This document shows, piece after piece, positions 28,095 to 38,306 of a stretch of 64,000 nucleotides of DNA. Each line of letters begins with the position of its first letter. Position 1 is the first letter of the stretch. The notes below the pieces were generated by a model. That model saw only the letters and a list, made by a program, of their open reading frames with translations. It searched no databases and was not told where the DNA came from. Source of the DNA: an uncultured Candidatus Saccharibacteria bacterium (lineage in GTDB: Bacteria > Patescibacteriota > Doudnabacteria > UBA920); NCBI GenBank assembly GCA_964473815.1, contig CAYYQK010000001.1:93523-157522 (forward strand), written 5' to 3'. The translations under genes and the position numbers were made by a program.

Positions 28095-28703
28095 ATGAGA
28101 TATACAGGACCAAAAGTTAAAAGAGCCCGCCGTCTCGGCATGGCCTTTACCGATAAAGATGTTCGCATTTTGCAGCGCCGCCCAACCCCTCCGGGTCAAC
28201 ACGGTGCTAGCCGCGCCCGCGTTTCTGAATACGGTTTGCAGCTTCGCGAAAAGCAAAAAGCGAAAATCAATTACGGTGTACAAGAAAAACAATTCTTGCG
28301 TTACTTCGATAAAGCTTTGAACAAGCCAGGTGTAACCGGTGATTTGTTGCTAGAATTCTTAGAACTTCGCCTTGATAACATTGTTTATCGTTTAGGTTTT
28401 GCTGAAACCCGCGCGCAAGCTCGTCAGTTAGTCAGCCATGGATTCTTTGAAGTTAATGGTAAGAAAGTAGATATTCCTTCTTACGCAACCAAGCCCGGTG
28501 ATGTTGTCAGCGTTCGTGAAAACAAGCGCACCAGCAAGTACATGGAAGCTCGCAAAGAAAAGCTGAAGGGCGTACAGCCTCAGGAATGGGTATCACTAGA
28601 AGCCCAAAATTGGTCTGGAAAAGTGTTATCAACACCAACCCCAGAACAAATTGGTAATCAGATCAACACCCAGTTGATCGTTGAACACTACAGTCGTATT
28701 TAA
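28095..28703 (+). CDS. rpsD: 30S ribosomal protein S4
   Basis: RYTGPK..RRLG, PGQHG, SEYGLQLREKQK, LELRLDNIVYRLGFA.TRAQARQLVSHG. Confidence 0.98.
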   Translation: MRYTGPKVKRARRLGMAFTDKDVRILQRRPTPPGQHGASRARVSEYGLQLREKQKAKINYGVQEKQFLRYFDKALNKPGVTGDLLLEFLELRLDNIVYRLGFAETRAQARQLVSHGFFEVNGKKVDIPSYATKPGDVVSVRENKRTSKYMEARKEKLKGVQPQEWVSLEAQNWSGKVLSTPTPEQIGNQINTQLIVEHYSRI

Positions 28704-28799
28704 TTAATTTTTAATCAATTAATTGCTTTAAGGGGATCGAAACCACAAGACTATTGGACGTTTGAGAATAACGAGTCCCGCAAAGCAAAGAAGGTTTAT

Positions 28800-29777
28800 A
28801 TGGAACAAATTCCATTACCCAATCAAGCCCAAGCCGTACATTTGGGTGGCAACTCATACGAAGTGACTCTTGAGCCACTTTATCCAGGATATGGTGTTAC
28901 CATTGGTAACGCTATGCGCCGCGTATTGTTGTCTTCCATGCCAGGAGCAGCGGTAACCGCTGTAAAGATCAAGTATGTTGATCACGAATTCTCTACTGTA
29001 CCGAATGTAAAAGAAGATGTGATTCAAATCATTTTGAATCTAAAGCAATTGCGTTTGCGCAGTTTTTCTCGCGAACCAGTGCGCCTTACTTTGCAAGCCA
29101 AAGGTGAAGGTGTAATTACTGCAGAAAATATTTCTGGTAATGACCAGGTAGAAGTAGTAAACAAAGATTTGTACATTTGTACTTTAGATAACAAGAACGC
29201 AGACTTTGACATGGAACTTATTGTTGAACAAGGTCGTGGTTACGTTCCTGTAGAAGCTCGTGATGGCAGCGCCAAGCTCGAAGCTGGCATGTTGGCAATC
29301 GATGCTATCTACACCCCAGTACGCAGTGTTTACTTTGATGTTTCAAACGTTCGTGTTGGTCAAATGACTAACTTCGACAAACTTGTGTTGCGCATGGAGA
29401 CTGACGGTACTATTACTGGTGCTGAAGCAGTAGATATTGCATCACACATTTTAGTGGATCACTTTAGCATGTTGTTTAACAACGAAGGTGCAGCTCGCAT
29501 CGAAATGATGGCTACCCCTTTGGTTGAAGAAGCTCCATCTAGCGAAGTTGAAGATATGGCAGACATGCCAACTTCATTTGATGCTCCAACTGAAAACAGT
29601 GGCACCAGTTTGGATGAATTGAATCTTTCAAACCGCGCTAAAAATGCTTTAACCAAAGCTGGTATTAGCTCTGTAGAAGCTTTGCAAGGTTTGACCAACG
29701 ATGAAATTACTAACACTGCTGGTTTGGGTGAAAAGACTATTTCCGAAATTTTAGAAGTATTAGGACGCAATCAATAA
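28800..29777 (+). CDS. rpoA: RNA polymerase subunit alpha
   Basis: LEPLYPGYGVTIGNAMRRVLLSS, HEFST, GRGYVP, IDAIYTPV; CTD LSNRAKNAL...GLGEK. Confidence 0.98.
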   Translation: MEQIPLPNQAQAVHLGGNSYEVTLEPLYPGYGVTIGNAMRRVLLSSMPGAAVTAVKIKYVDHEFSTVPNVKEDVIQIILNLKQLRLRSFSREPVRLTLQAKGEGVITAENISGNDQVEVVNKDLYICTLDNKNADFDMELIVEQGRGYVPVEARDGSAKLEAGMLAIDAIYTPVRSVYFDVSNVRVGQMTNFDKLVLRMETDGTITGAEAVDIASHILVDHFSMLFNNEGAARIEMMATPLVEEAPSSEVEDMADMPTSFDAPTENSGTSLDELNLSNRAKNALTKAGISSVEALQGLTNDEITNTAGLGEKTISEILEVLGRNQ

Positions 29778-29780
29778 TTT

Positions 29781-30125
29781 ATGAGACACCTTAAGAAGAA
29801 AAAATTTGGTCGGGGAATGGATTCACGTCGCAAATTGTTGCGCTCTTTGGCGAGCTCCGCAATTTTGTACGAACGCATCGAAACCTCTTATTCCAATGCC
29901 CGCGCTGTAAAGCCTTACATTGAACGCCTAATTACTCGGGCTAAAGTAGACTCTTTGCACAATCGTCGTCACTTGTTGTCGAAATTGACCCGCAATGCCG
30001 CTGCTAAAGCCTTGGAAGTTTACGGTCCAAAGTATGCGACACGCAACGGTGGTTATGTACGCATGATGAAATTAAATGATCCGAAAGCCGGCAACTCGAA
30101 AGCGCTGTTGGAATTCGTAGAATAG
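29781..30125 (+). CDS. rplQ: 50S ribosomal protein L17
   Basis: MRHLK, ERIET, ERLITRAK, RNGGYVR. Confidence 0.96.
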   Translation: MRHLKKKKFGRGMDSRRKLLRSLASSAILYERIETSYSNARAVKPYIERLITRAKVDSLHNRRHLLSKLTRNAAAKALEVYGPKYATRNGGYVRMMKLNDPKAGNSKALLEFVE

Positions 30126-30144
30126 GCTGAAAGGATATAAAGAA

Positions 30145-30573
30145 ATGTTAAAGACTCAGAAGATTACATTACCGAAAACTGTGACCCGCACTTGGCACGA
30201 AATTGATGCCTCCGGCGATACCATGGGCCGCGTGGCAACTAAGATTGCTAACTTGCTTCGTGGTAAGCACAAGCGCGATTTTACCCCACACATGGATATG
30301 GGTGATTTTGTTGTGGCTGTAAATGTCGACAAGATGAAATTCACTGGCCGCAAGATTGAACAGAAAAAGTATTATCACCACAGTGGTTACTTGGGTGGCT
30401 TGAAGACTAAGACTTTGAAAGATGAAATTGTCCGCAGTCCAGAGACTGTATTGCGTAAAGCCGTTTTCTCGATGATTGATGATATTAAATTCCGCAAGAA
30501 ATTGTTATCCCGCTTAAAGGTCGTAAAGGGTACAACTCACTCTTACAAGATTGATAAGAAAGGAAGCAAATAA
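30145..30573 (+). CDS. rplM: 50S ribosomal protein L13
   Basis: WHEIDA...GRVAT.IA.LLRGKHK..FTPH.D.GDFVV, YYHHSGYLGGLK. Confidence 0.97.
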   Translation: MLKTQKITLPKTVTRTWHEIDASGDTMGRVATKIANLLRGKHKRDFTPHMDMGDFVVAVNVDKMKFTGRKIEQKKYYHHSGYLGGLKTKTLKDEIVRSPETVLRKAVFSMIDDIKFRKKLLSRLKVVKGTTHSYKIDKKGSK

Positions 30574-30575
30574 TT

Positions 30576-31139
30576 ATGGCTGAAAAAGATACAAAAGAAG
30601 TGAAGAAGCCGGTTGCTAAGAAGGCTGTTGCAAAAAAGGTAACTGCACCGCGTAAGCCTGCTCCTAAGCCACAGGCTGAGAAGGTTGAAGCTCCTGTTGT
30701 TGCAGAAACTACAACTGCCGAAGTTGCATTTGCAAAACCAACTATTGCTAAAGGCAAATACGTATTCGCTACTGGTCGCCGTAAAACAGCTGTTGCAAAT
30801 GTGCGTTTGTTTGCTGGAACGAGCGACAGTTTGATTAACAAGAAGAAAATGGATGATTACTTTGGTCAGCCAAATTTGCGCGATGCAGCAATGCGTCCGC
30901 TTGCTTTGACTGGTTTGATGGGTGACTTCCATATTGTTGCTAGCGTAAACGGTGGCGGTATCGCTGCCCAGTCTGAAGCAGTTCGTCATGGAATTGCTCA
31001 AGCCTTGGCTTCGATGAACGCAGACATGAAGACTGTTTTGAAGAAGAATGGTTTTCTAACTCGTGATGACCGCGAAAAAGAACGCAAGAAACCAGGTTTG
31101 CGCCGTGCGCGCCGCGCTCCACAGTGGGCTAAGCGTTAA
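30576..31139 (+). CDS. rpsI: 30S ribosomal protein S9 with Lys/Ala/Pro-rich N-terminal extension
   Basis: TGRRKTAVANVRL, GGGIAAQSEAVRHGIA, LTRD.REKERKKPGL..ARRAPQWAKR. Confidence 0.97.
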   Translation: MAEKDTKEVKKPVAKKAVAKKVTAPRKPAPKPQAEKVEAPVVAETTTAEVAFAKPTIAKGKYVFATGRRKTAVANVRLFAGTSDSLINKKKMDDYFGQPNLRDAAMRPLALTGLMGDFHIVASVNGGGIAAQSEAVRHGIAQALASMNADMKTVLKKNGFLTRDDREKERKKPGLRRARRAPQWAKR

Positions 31140-31168
31140 TCGAAAAAGCGAAAATTTTGTAAAATTTT

Positions 31169-31192
31169 AAACTCCCCGAAAGGGGAGTTTTT
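31169..31192 (+). terminator. Intrinsic terminator of the r-protein operon
   Basis: aaactcccc-gaaa-ggggagttttt. Confidence 0.9.
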
Positions 31193-31360
31193 ATTTATAC
31201 AGCGCTTATTTCAAGGGCATTTTTTAAAAACTCCTTTTTTATTGACAGATTTTCAACTCAATGCCATATTAGTTATATATAACTAAATTTTTAATAAACT
31301 CCTCATAAAAAGGAGTTATTATCAGTTTGAGAACTAAAGTATAATTAATCTTTTAAATAT

Positions 31361-34300
31361 ATGGCCACTCGACCACCTACGCCGGCACAAGCTCGGTATA
31401 GAATGCGCTTTACCGTGCATCAAATTCCTGACCCCGCTCCAAAGCAATTTTTTCACCTTAACCGCATAATGCTTGGGAAGGCGCTAGCTTTTGTGGCGGT
31501 TTTTTCTTTATTACTAAATAGTATCGGAGCTGCGCAAGCTAAGACAGATAAAGTATCAGTCTGTCATAAGACCGGCAATGGATTTCAATTACTGGAAGAT
31601 ATAGCTGATAACGCTTTACCTGGTCACTTAGGCCACGGGGATATTTACCCAGTACCGGCGAATGGCTGTCCTGAGACTCTGCCCGAAAGTACCGCAACCG
31701 TTACAATTGTAAAATATATTGACGGAGTCCCTGCTACAGCTGAACTGGCCCACAGCGCAGAATTTCCTATGACCGCAACCTGGAATGCAACGAATATTGG
31801 TCCTGGCAGTGGTAATTATACCTTAGGTCCGACTGGTTATAACAATAACAACCCCTATCAAGCCACCACATCAGCAATGACAACTGGGGCTAGTTATACA
31901 ACTTCTGAATTAACAAATACCGCTGTAGTCGGTACTAATTGCGAAGGGAATAATGCCTTTGCTTTAAGTGGATATTCATTGGGCAATACTTTGTCGGATG
32001 CAGAATCAGCTTTGGTATCAGTTGATGCTCCTGCTCTAACTAATTTAAGTTCAGATAAATACATTATTGTTTGGAATAAGGATTGTAGTAAAGTTGTACC
32101 GCCGGTGAATGTTGATTTTGAAATTAATAAAGTTTGGGAAGACGCCCAAGGTGCTCCAATTGATGCTCCTAATAACAAGGATGACATTAGTATTACGGTA
32201 AGCCACGATAGCGATTCATTAAATTGTAAATATACGGACGGAAATTTCGGTTGCGATGGAGATGGGGTTTTGAGCGGGCTTTCAACCGATACATTCAATA
32301 TCACTGAGACAGGTGTGCCAGCAGGTTGGTCTGCAGATCCTCAGACTGTGGGGGAAAACATCGCCGCGAATTGTCCGGCAGACGTTGAGGATGGAGATAC
32401 ATGTACTATAACAATCGTCAATAAGCTCAGTTCAATCTCACCATGTAATACAGAGCTGATAATTAATGGCGGCTTTGAAGCGCCGTTGGTAACTGATTCT
32501 AATAATTGGCAATTATTCCCATCAGGTACTGAAAATCTGGGGTGGTCTGCCGATGCCGCCGGTACAACTACTAACGGTAATTTAGAAATACAAGCCGGAG
32601 TCTTTGGCTGGAATGCGCATAGCGGCAACCAATTTGCAGAAGTTGATTCAGATAAATCAATGAGTTATTCACAGGACTTAATCACAGTTCCCGGTGGAAT
32701 TTATACGGTTACTTTGTGGTCATCTCCTCGTCCTGGTCAATCAGCCAGTGAAAATAAAACTGAAGTGAAAGCCGGGGCAACAGTGTTAGATATAATTTCG
32801 GAAGATGGTACTAGCCTAAGCCAAACCAATTGGACAGAGCATACGTATACATTTACGGCAGCAACGCCGATCACTCATTTTAGCCTGACGGATGTAGGGC
32901 CAAGCAATGGTTTGGGTGGCTTATTTGACGATGTAAGCGTTAAGCAGCAATGTGTTTCTCAAGTGACGTTATGTAAAAAGGATAACCACGACAATCCACT
33001 TTCTGGGTGGGAGCTGTATTTGAAAGGTCCAAAAATTGAGACAGTGAATGTGCCTTCAACCAACGGATTGGATGTTTCAACAAGCACATTGCCTGCCGGC
33101 GACTATGCTTTAGAAGCTAGTGGTACCTATGTTTATCGCCCAAACGATCCGAGTGCTTCAATTTCCGATGCGGCGTTTTCTAAAAGACTGCCATCAGATT
33201 CCGTTTATTCCATTGGAACGTCTCAGCCGTGGGTTCGCGTCAATGATTTCCCAAGTCCTTATCAAGGTTACTTAGGAATTCAAGTGGATGATACTAACAA
33301 TTTTGATTGGGGGTCTACCTTTAGCGCCACTCATAATTACACAGGAAATAAAACTTTAGCAGTTGACGGACAAATTAAATTCCGCATATTGGACGATAAC
33401 TATTCTGATAATAGTGGTGATTTGAGCGTTGATATATATCCGATTATCAAAGGCACTACAGGTGATAATGGTTGTGTGACTTTGCCGAATATACAATTTG
33501 ATACCTATACCGTAGGGGAAGTGATGCAGGATGGCTGGAGTAATGTCAGTGGTAATGGAGTGACTGCAGTTATTAATGAAAGCACGGAAAATTATACTGT
33601 AGTTAATCGTTGTGATAGCAATTGTAAATCCACAGTGACGGTTTGTAAGAAGGATAGTAGCGGAAATCCTCTTGCAGGGTGGGATGTGTTCTTGAAGGGC
33701 TCATTGCTTGAAACTGTTTCTGTAAATTCTAATAATGTTGCTGGCGCAGATTCAACGAATAGTCTTGTTGCCGGTCAAAAGTATGCTGTGGATGTCTCGG
33801 GAACCTGGCAAAACCGGGGTTTTGAGACCGTAGATGCCAGTTATACATCCCCCGATGGTTGGACCACCGTACTGGCAGCTCCGCAAGGTGGGTTTCCTGA
33901 CAATTTGCTGGAAATGCAAATTGACCACAACTTTATCGATTGGGGAGCGTATGCCAATGATCATAAATATCACACTGTGATAACTGGAACCGGAGCACCA
34001 GTAAACTTCGGAGTGTTTGATATTAATGACGATACTTATACTCCAGACCCTAGCTGGTACGGAGACAATATCGGTAATCTGACAATAAAAATTTATCCTA
34101 TTTACGAAGGCGTAACTACAGCCCAAAATGGCTGTGCGACTTTGGAAAATGTACCTTTTGGTAATTATGCTTTGGGGGAAGTGATGCAAGATGGTTGGGT
34201 AAACGAAAGCGGTGATGGTACATCGGTTCATGTCGTTAAACCAATCGAGCCGGGCCCAAACACCGAAATAAACCCATTCACTCTTGTAAATTCCTGTCAG

Positions 34301-36037
34301 TCTGAATCTTGCAGGACAGTTCCTCAGCTGCATCTAGTTAAAGTGGTCTGTTCTAGTTTTGGCGACATCAAAGGAAATGCAAATGCTGATACATACGACG
34401 CCACTGGCGGCAAATATAATTTGTTTAGCAACTATCCAAACTTTGACGGCGTGGTTGAACCTATTAGCCCCGCTGAAATTCCGGAAAATTGTAATACTCA
34501 GTCAGGCTGGAACTTTAAGCTTTCTACCGATATCGAACAAAATGATAATTCCCAAACAGTTACTACTGGAAACTCAGGAGAATATGTTACCCCGATTTCC
34601 GGCAATGACTCTGGATTAAATCCTGTATTGCAAACAGCTATTGCAAACGGTTCGTTATACGTAAGTGAAGTCACTCAAGACGGGTATGATTTTGGTGCTT
34701 TGCGCTGTTATAACGACGCTCTCAATGGCGATAATAAAGAATTAATTAATTTGGGCGAAAGCCAACCGGCAAATATTTATTGTATTGCATACAATGTCAG
34801 CCAGGTAAAACCTTGTGTGGTGGAGCCGATCACAAATGTATTAAGCAGTACTGATACACAATTCTTGGGACTTAAAGAAGGTGGGTCAGCACCGGCTGAT
34901 CTTTCCGATCCAACTGATTATCCATCTGGCACAGCTGGACCAGCTCAAACAGCAGGTCCAACAGGGTATCCTGGGGCATGGGATGGCTCAGCGAACGATT
35001 CTAGCGTCTCTGGTGCAGTTTATATCAGCAATGACTCTACTCAACCAACCAACAGCGGCGGACTCGGCTACGACGGTTCGGTGGATTCGTGGCGATTATT
35101 TAGTCAGACGTTCACAATCCCGGCGGGGGCAGTGAGTATTTCCACTCCTTCATTGCATTTTGCTGCTGACAACGAAGTCACTGTATTCTTAGATGATGCC
35201 CAAATTGGTACCAGTAATAGTTTTAGTTCTATCACAACAGTTGGACCGATCACTCTAACCGCCGGAACTCACACTTTGAAATTTGCAGTTAAGAATTATG
35301 CATTTGATCAAACTAATAATCCGACAGGAGTAATTTATAAGTTGGATAATATCTCCTACCAATGTAGTAATGGTGGTGGAGATTCAGACAAACACACCAT
35401 TTCCGGAATTGTTTACAATGACAACAACACCCAAAATGGCACATATAACGACGGTGAAGCAGGATTGCCGGGTTGGACTGTGTATATTGATGCAAACGAC
35501 AATGGAACTTTGGATTCTGGAGAAGAAACTACTACTTCCGGTGCAGACGGGCATTATAGCTTTACAAACTTACCATCAGATTGTTATGTAATACGAGAGG
35601 TCGTGAATGACGGTTGGAATCAAACCGGTCCGGTTGGTCCACCTGCCAATAAATATCAATTTGGTATTGGTTCGGGAAATTGTGATGAGTCCCTGACTAT
35701 TGTAGGAAAAGTTTTAGGGTCGGTTATTCATACGGCAAATGCCTTAACGATCAACCCTGACCCAACCGATGCTAATTTTGGGAACATAATCACCACTAAT
35801 AATACTGGTGGAAGTAGTGGAAGTAGCAGAACAAACATCCCACAGGGACGAGTATTGGGAGATACCACAAATATTCCTTACATTGACCCTGGTACCAATG
35901 GCCAAGTTTTGGGTGCATCCACAACCTTGCCTGTAACTGGGAACACTATGAATATACTTTGGGCTTTATTGGCATTAACTGCTGTTATTGTCTTACCAGC
36001 AAAAATCGTTCTCAAAATGAAGAAAGAAAATTCTTAA
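31361..36037 (+). CDS. Giant surface adhesin-like protein (carbohydrate-binding and SdrD-B/Cna-B-like domains) with LPVTG sorting signal
   Basis: Hydrophobic signal region; INGGFEAP DUF642-like domain; duplicated VTxCKKD..NPLxGW and GEVMQDGW modules; ISGIVYNDNN..G....E.GLPGWTVYID; C-terminal LPVTG + TM + KMKK. Exact start uncertain. Confidence 0.8.
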   Translation: MATRPPTPAQARYRMRFTVHQIPDPAPKQFFHLNRIMLGKALAFVAVFSLLLNSIGAAQAKTDKVSVCHKTGNGFQLLEDIADNALPGHLGHGDIYPVPANGCPETLPESTATVTIVKYIDGVPATAELAHSAEFPMTATWNATNIGPGSGNYTLGPTGYNNNNPYQATTSAMTTGASYTTSELTNTAVVGTNCEGNNAFALSGYSLGNTLSDAESALVSVDAPALTNLSSDKYIIVWNKDCSKVVPPVNVDFEINKVWEDAQGAPIDAPNNKDDISITVSHDSDSLNCKYTDGNFGCDGDGVLSGLSTDTFNITETGVPAGWSADPQTVGENIAANCPADVEDGDTCTITIVNKLSSISPCNTELIINGGFEAPLVTDSNNWQLFPSGTENLGWSADAAGTTTNGNLEIQAGVFGWNAHSGNQFAEVDSDKSMSYSQDLITVPGGIYTVTLWSSPRPGQSASENKTEVKAGATVLDIISEDGTSLSQTNWTEHTYTFTAATPITHFSLTDVGPSNGLGGLFDDVSVKQQCVSQVTLCKKDNHDNPLSGWELYLKGPKIETVNVPSTNGLDVSTSTLPAGDYALEASGTYVYRPNDPSASISDAAFSKRLPSDSVYSIGTSQPWVRVNDFPSPYQGYLGIQVDDTNNFDWGSTFSATHNYTGNKTLAVDGQIKFRILDDNYSDNSGDLSVDIYPIIKGTTGDNGCVTLPNIQFDTYTVGEVMQDGWSNVSGNGVTAVINESTENYTVVNRCDSNCKSTVTVCKKDSSGNPLAGWDVFLKGSLLETVSVNSNNVAGADSTNSLVAGQKYAVDVSGTWQNRGFETVDASYTSPDGWTTVLAAPQGGFPDNLLEMQIDHNFIDWGAYANDHKYHTVITGTGAPVNFGVFDINDDTYTPDPSWYGDNIGNLTIKIYPIYEGVTTAQNGCATLENVPFGNYALGEVMQDGWVNESGDGTSVHVVKPIEPGPNTEINPFTLVNSCQSESCRTVPQLHLVKVVCSSFGDIKGNANADTYDATGGKYNLFSNYPNFDGVVEPISPAEIPENCNTQSGWNFKLSTDIEQNDNSQTVTTGNSGEYVTPISGNDSGLNPVLQTAIANGSLYVSEVTQDGYDFGALRCYNDALNGDNKELINLGESQPANIYCIAYNVSQVKPCVVEPITNVLSSTDTQFLGLKEGGSAPADLSDPTDYPSGTAGPAQTAGPTGYPGAWDGSANDSSVSGAVYISNDSTQPTNSGGLGYDGSVDSWRLFSQTFTIPAGAVSISTPSLHFAADNEVTVFLDDAQIGTSNSFSSITTVGPITLTAGTHTLKFAVKNYAFDQTNNPTGVIYKLDNISYQCSNGGGDSDKHTISGIVYNDNNTQNGTYNDGEAGLPGWTVYIDANDNGTLDSGEETTTSGADGHYSFTNLPSDCYVIREVVNDGWNQTGPVGPPANKYQFGIGSGNCDESLTIVGKVLGSVIHTANALTINPDPTDANFGNIITTNNTGGSSGSSRTNIPQGRVLGDTTNIPYIDPGTNGQVLGASTTLPVTGNTMNILWALLALTAVIVLPAKIVLKMKKENS

Positions 36038-36045
36038 CTTTAAGT

Positions 36046-36086
36046 AAACATACAACTACCCCGGGGAGGGGTAGTTGTATGTTTTT
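36046..36086 (+). terminator. Intrinsic terminator
   Basis: aaacatacaactacccc-gggga-ggggtagttgtatgttt. Confidence 0.9.
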
Positions 36087-36151
36087 TGTGGATAATTATT
36101 TTATAAAAGTGGGTCGCGTGGCGTTGGTTTACACGCCGGTGAAGTTTAATT

Positions 36152-36748
36152 ATGCCTAAGATATTAATTAAAATATTATCGGGTTTCTTAATTTTATTGC
36201 TGTTGGCAATAATTGCTTATGTTGTTTTAAACGCAACGTATTTTTCAAAGCAATTTGAATTTAAATTTAATCCACCAGTCCCAGCTCCGCCAGTAAATCA
36301 AAATAATATCAAAGGCGACCCTAATCAAGTAGAAATTCCCAGCTTGGGAATCAAAGCGCCAATTGTAGAACCTATATCAAACAAAGAGACAGATTTTCAA
36401 GAAGCATTAAAAACAGGCGTGGTTCATTTCCCCGGCTCTGCAAAAGTAGGGGAAGAAGGTAATATGTATATCTTTGGACACTCGTCGGACTTTGCGTTCA
36501 AAGCAGGTTCGTATAAAACCGTGTTCGCATTATTACCTAACATCAAAAATAATGCTGAGATTATCGTTACAAACAATGAGGGTACAAAATTTACTTATAT
36601 TGTAACAGGTCAGAAGATAGTTCGTTCGAATGATACGTCAGTGTTAGATCAAAATACTCACGGAAAAAAAATATTAACCCTGCAAACATCGTACCCGATT
36701 GGAACTGCGCTAAAAAGATATATTGTAATTGCAGAGTTCAAAGAATAG
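36152..36748 (+). CDS. Sortase-family protein with Ser at the catalytic Cys position
   Basis: N-terminal TM; IPSLGIKAPI, GVVHFPGS..GE.GN..IFGHSS, LTLQTSYPIGT..KRYIV. Confidence 0.85.
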   Translation: MPKILIKILSGFLILLLLAIIAYVVLNATYFSKQFEFKFNPPVPAPPVNQNNIKGDPNQVEIPSLGIKAPIVEPISNKETDFQEALKTGVVHFPGSAKVGEEGNMYIFGHSSDFAFKAGSYKTVFALLPNIKNNAEIIVTNNEGTKFTYIVTGQKIVRSNDTSVLDQNTHGKKILTLQTSYPIGTALKRYIVIAEFKE

Positions 36749-36929
36749 CGCTTAGATAAGAGGAATTTTTCTTAGATTATCAAGAAAATATCAAATTTCC
36801 TAGGAAAACCCTTGACATATCCCAGAAAATCCTTGATTTTACAGGGGAATTTGCTAATATGAATTCGTAATCATTTTAACCAATCCAGCTCTTCCCGTAA
36901 GGTAGTGCCATGGATTTAAGGATACAAAC

Positions 36930-37202
36930 ATGACTAAGTCAGAGACTTTGCAAACCTTGGCGGAAACAACTGGCCGTACCAAGAAAGAAGTAAGCGAAAT
37001 GTTGGATGCTATGGTAGCTCTAGCTTACAAAGAAACTAAGAAGAGTGGTGAATTCACTATTCCTGGTCTAGGTAAACTAAAGAAGAAGCACCGCGCTGCA
37101 CGCGAAGGTCGCAATCCAGCAACTGGCGCTACTATCCAAATTCCAGCTAAGACTGTTGTAAAGTTTACAGTTGCAAAAGCTGCAAAGGACTCTATCCTTT
37201 AA
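36930..37202 (+). CDS. hup: DNA-binding protein HU
   Basis: MTKSE, IPGLGK, RAAREGRNPATGATIQIPAK.VVKF. Confidence 0.95.
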   Translation: MTKSETLQTLAETTGRTKKEVSEMLDAMVALAYKETKKSGEFTIPGLGKLKKKHRAAREGRNPATGATIQIPAKTVVKFTVAKAAKDSIL

Positions 37203-37213
37203 TTGAAATTGAT

Positions 37214-37242
37214 AAAACCCTGGTCGAAAGGCTGGGGTTTTT
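37214..37242 (+). terminator. Intrinsic terminator
   Basis: aaaaccctggtc-gaaa-ggctggggttttt. Confidence 0.85.
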
Positions 37243-37258
37243 GTTATATAATTTTGCT

Positions 37259-38257
37259 ATGGATAAAATGGAAGAACATGTACGCGCTGTTATGTTCGAC
37301 AGCAATAACAATTTAGTACTGATTCATCGTGTAAAACCAGATCGAGAGTACTGGGTTTTTCCAGGTGGAACAGTTGAAGCTGGGGAGAGTCATGAAGCTG
37401 CCCTGAAACGTGAGATTTTGGAGGAGGTGGGTGTAGAAATTGAAGTGGGGGAATTGTTTACCAGAATTGTTTTTGAAGGTTATGAGAGACCCCAGTTAAA
37501 TTTTTACTATTTGGCCAAGATTACTGGTGGGCAAATCGGTAGTGGTATGGGGCCGGAATTTCAGCGTGATCCTAAAATTCATGGAACTTATGGGGTTGAG
37601 GCTTTGTCTTTAAATGATGTGGTACTGCGGGATGTGGCCTCGCCTGAAGTGAAAAAGTTGGTGTGCGAAAAATTCCAAAAGACAGGCTGGGATCAGCATT
37701 ACAAAGATACCAAAGATAAACCACCTTCTGAATTATTAGTACAGGCTTTGGGGTACGTTATCAACAAGAATAATGCAATTGATATCGGTGCTGGTGCGAC
37801 TCTTCGGGATGCAAAGTATTTGTTAGATCAAGGATTTGAAAATGTAACTGTTGTGGATCAGGAAGAATCTGTTGCTGCGGCTGCAGAAAAAATCGGATCG
37901 AAAAAATTGCATTGTTATATCTCAAAATTCGCTGAGTTTGAATTCCCAGAAAATGAATATGATTTAGCTAATGCTAATTATTCTTTGCCGTTTAATCCGC
38001 CAGAAGATTTTGATAAGGTTTTCAGTAGAATTAAAAACTCGTTGGTTAAAGGTGGAATTTTTTGCGGGCAGTTTTTTGGGGTGAATGATGATTGGAATAA
38101 AAGTCCGCACCTAAGTTTTCATACAAAAGAGCAGGTTTTAGGTTTGCTTCAGGGGATGGAAGTTTTACATTTGGAAGAAAAAGAATTTGATGGAAAATTG
38201 GCCAGCGGAGCCCCAAAGCATCGTCATGTTTTTGATGTAATCGCTAGGAAAATTTAG
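37259..38257 (+). CDS. NUDIX hydrolase fused to a class I SAM methyltransferase (TehB-like)
   Basis: FPGGTVEAGE...ALKREILEEVG, then AIDIGAG..RDAKYLL..GF, NYSLPF, L.KGGIFCGQFFG..D.W. Start set at ATG 37259. Confidence 0.85.
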   Translation: MDKMEEHVRAVMFDSNNNLVLIHRVKPDREYWVFPGGTVEAGESHEAALKREILEEVGVEIEVGELFTRIVFEGYERPQLNFYYLAKITGGQIGSGMGPEFQRDPKIHGTYGVEALSLNDVVLRDVASPEVKKLVCEKFQKTGWDQHYKDTKDKPPSELLVQALGYVINKNNAIDIGAGATLRDAKYLLDQGFENVTVVDQEESVAAAAEKIGSKKLHCYISKFAEFEFPENEYDLANANYSLPFNPPEDFDKVFSRIKNSLVKGGIFCGQFFGVNDDWNKSPHLSFHTKEQVLGLLQGMEVLHLEEKEFDGKLASGAPKHRHVFDVIARKI

Positions 38258-38306
38258 ATACAAAAAAACACTCATCAGAGCGCTAGAAAAAGACAATAAA
38301 AAATGT

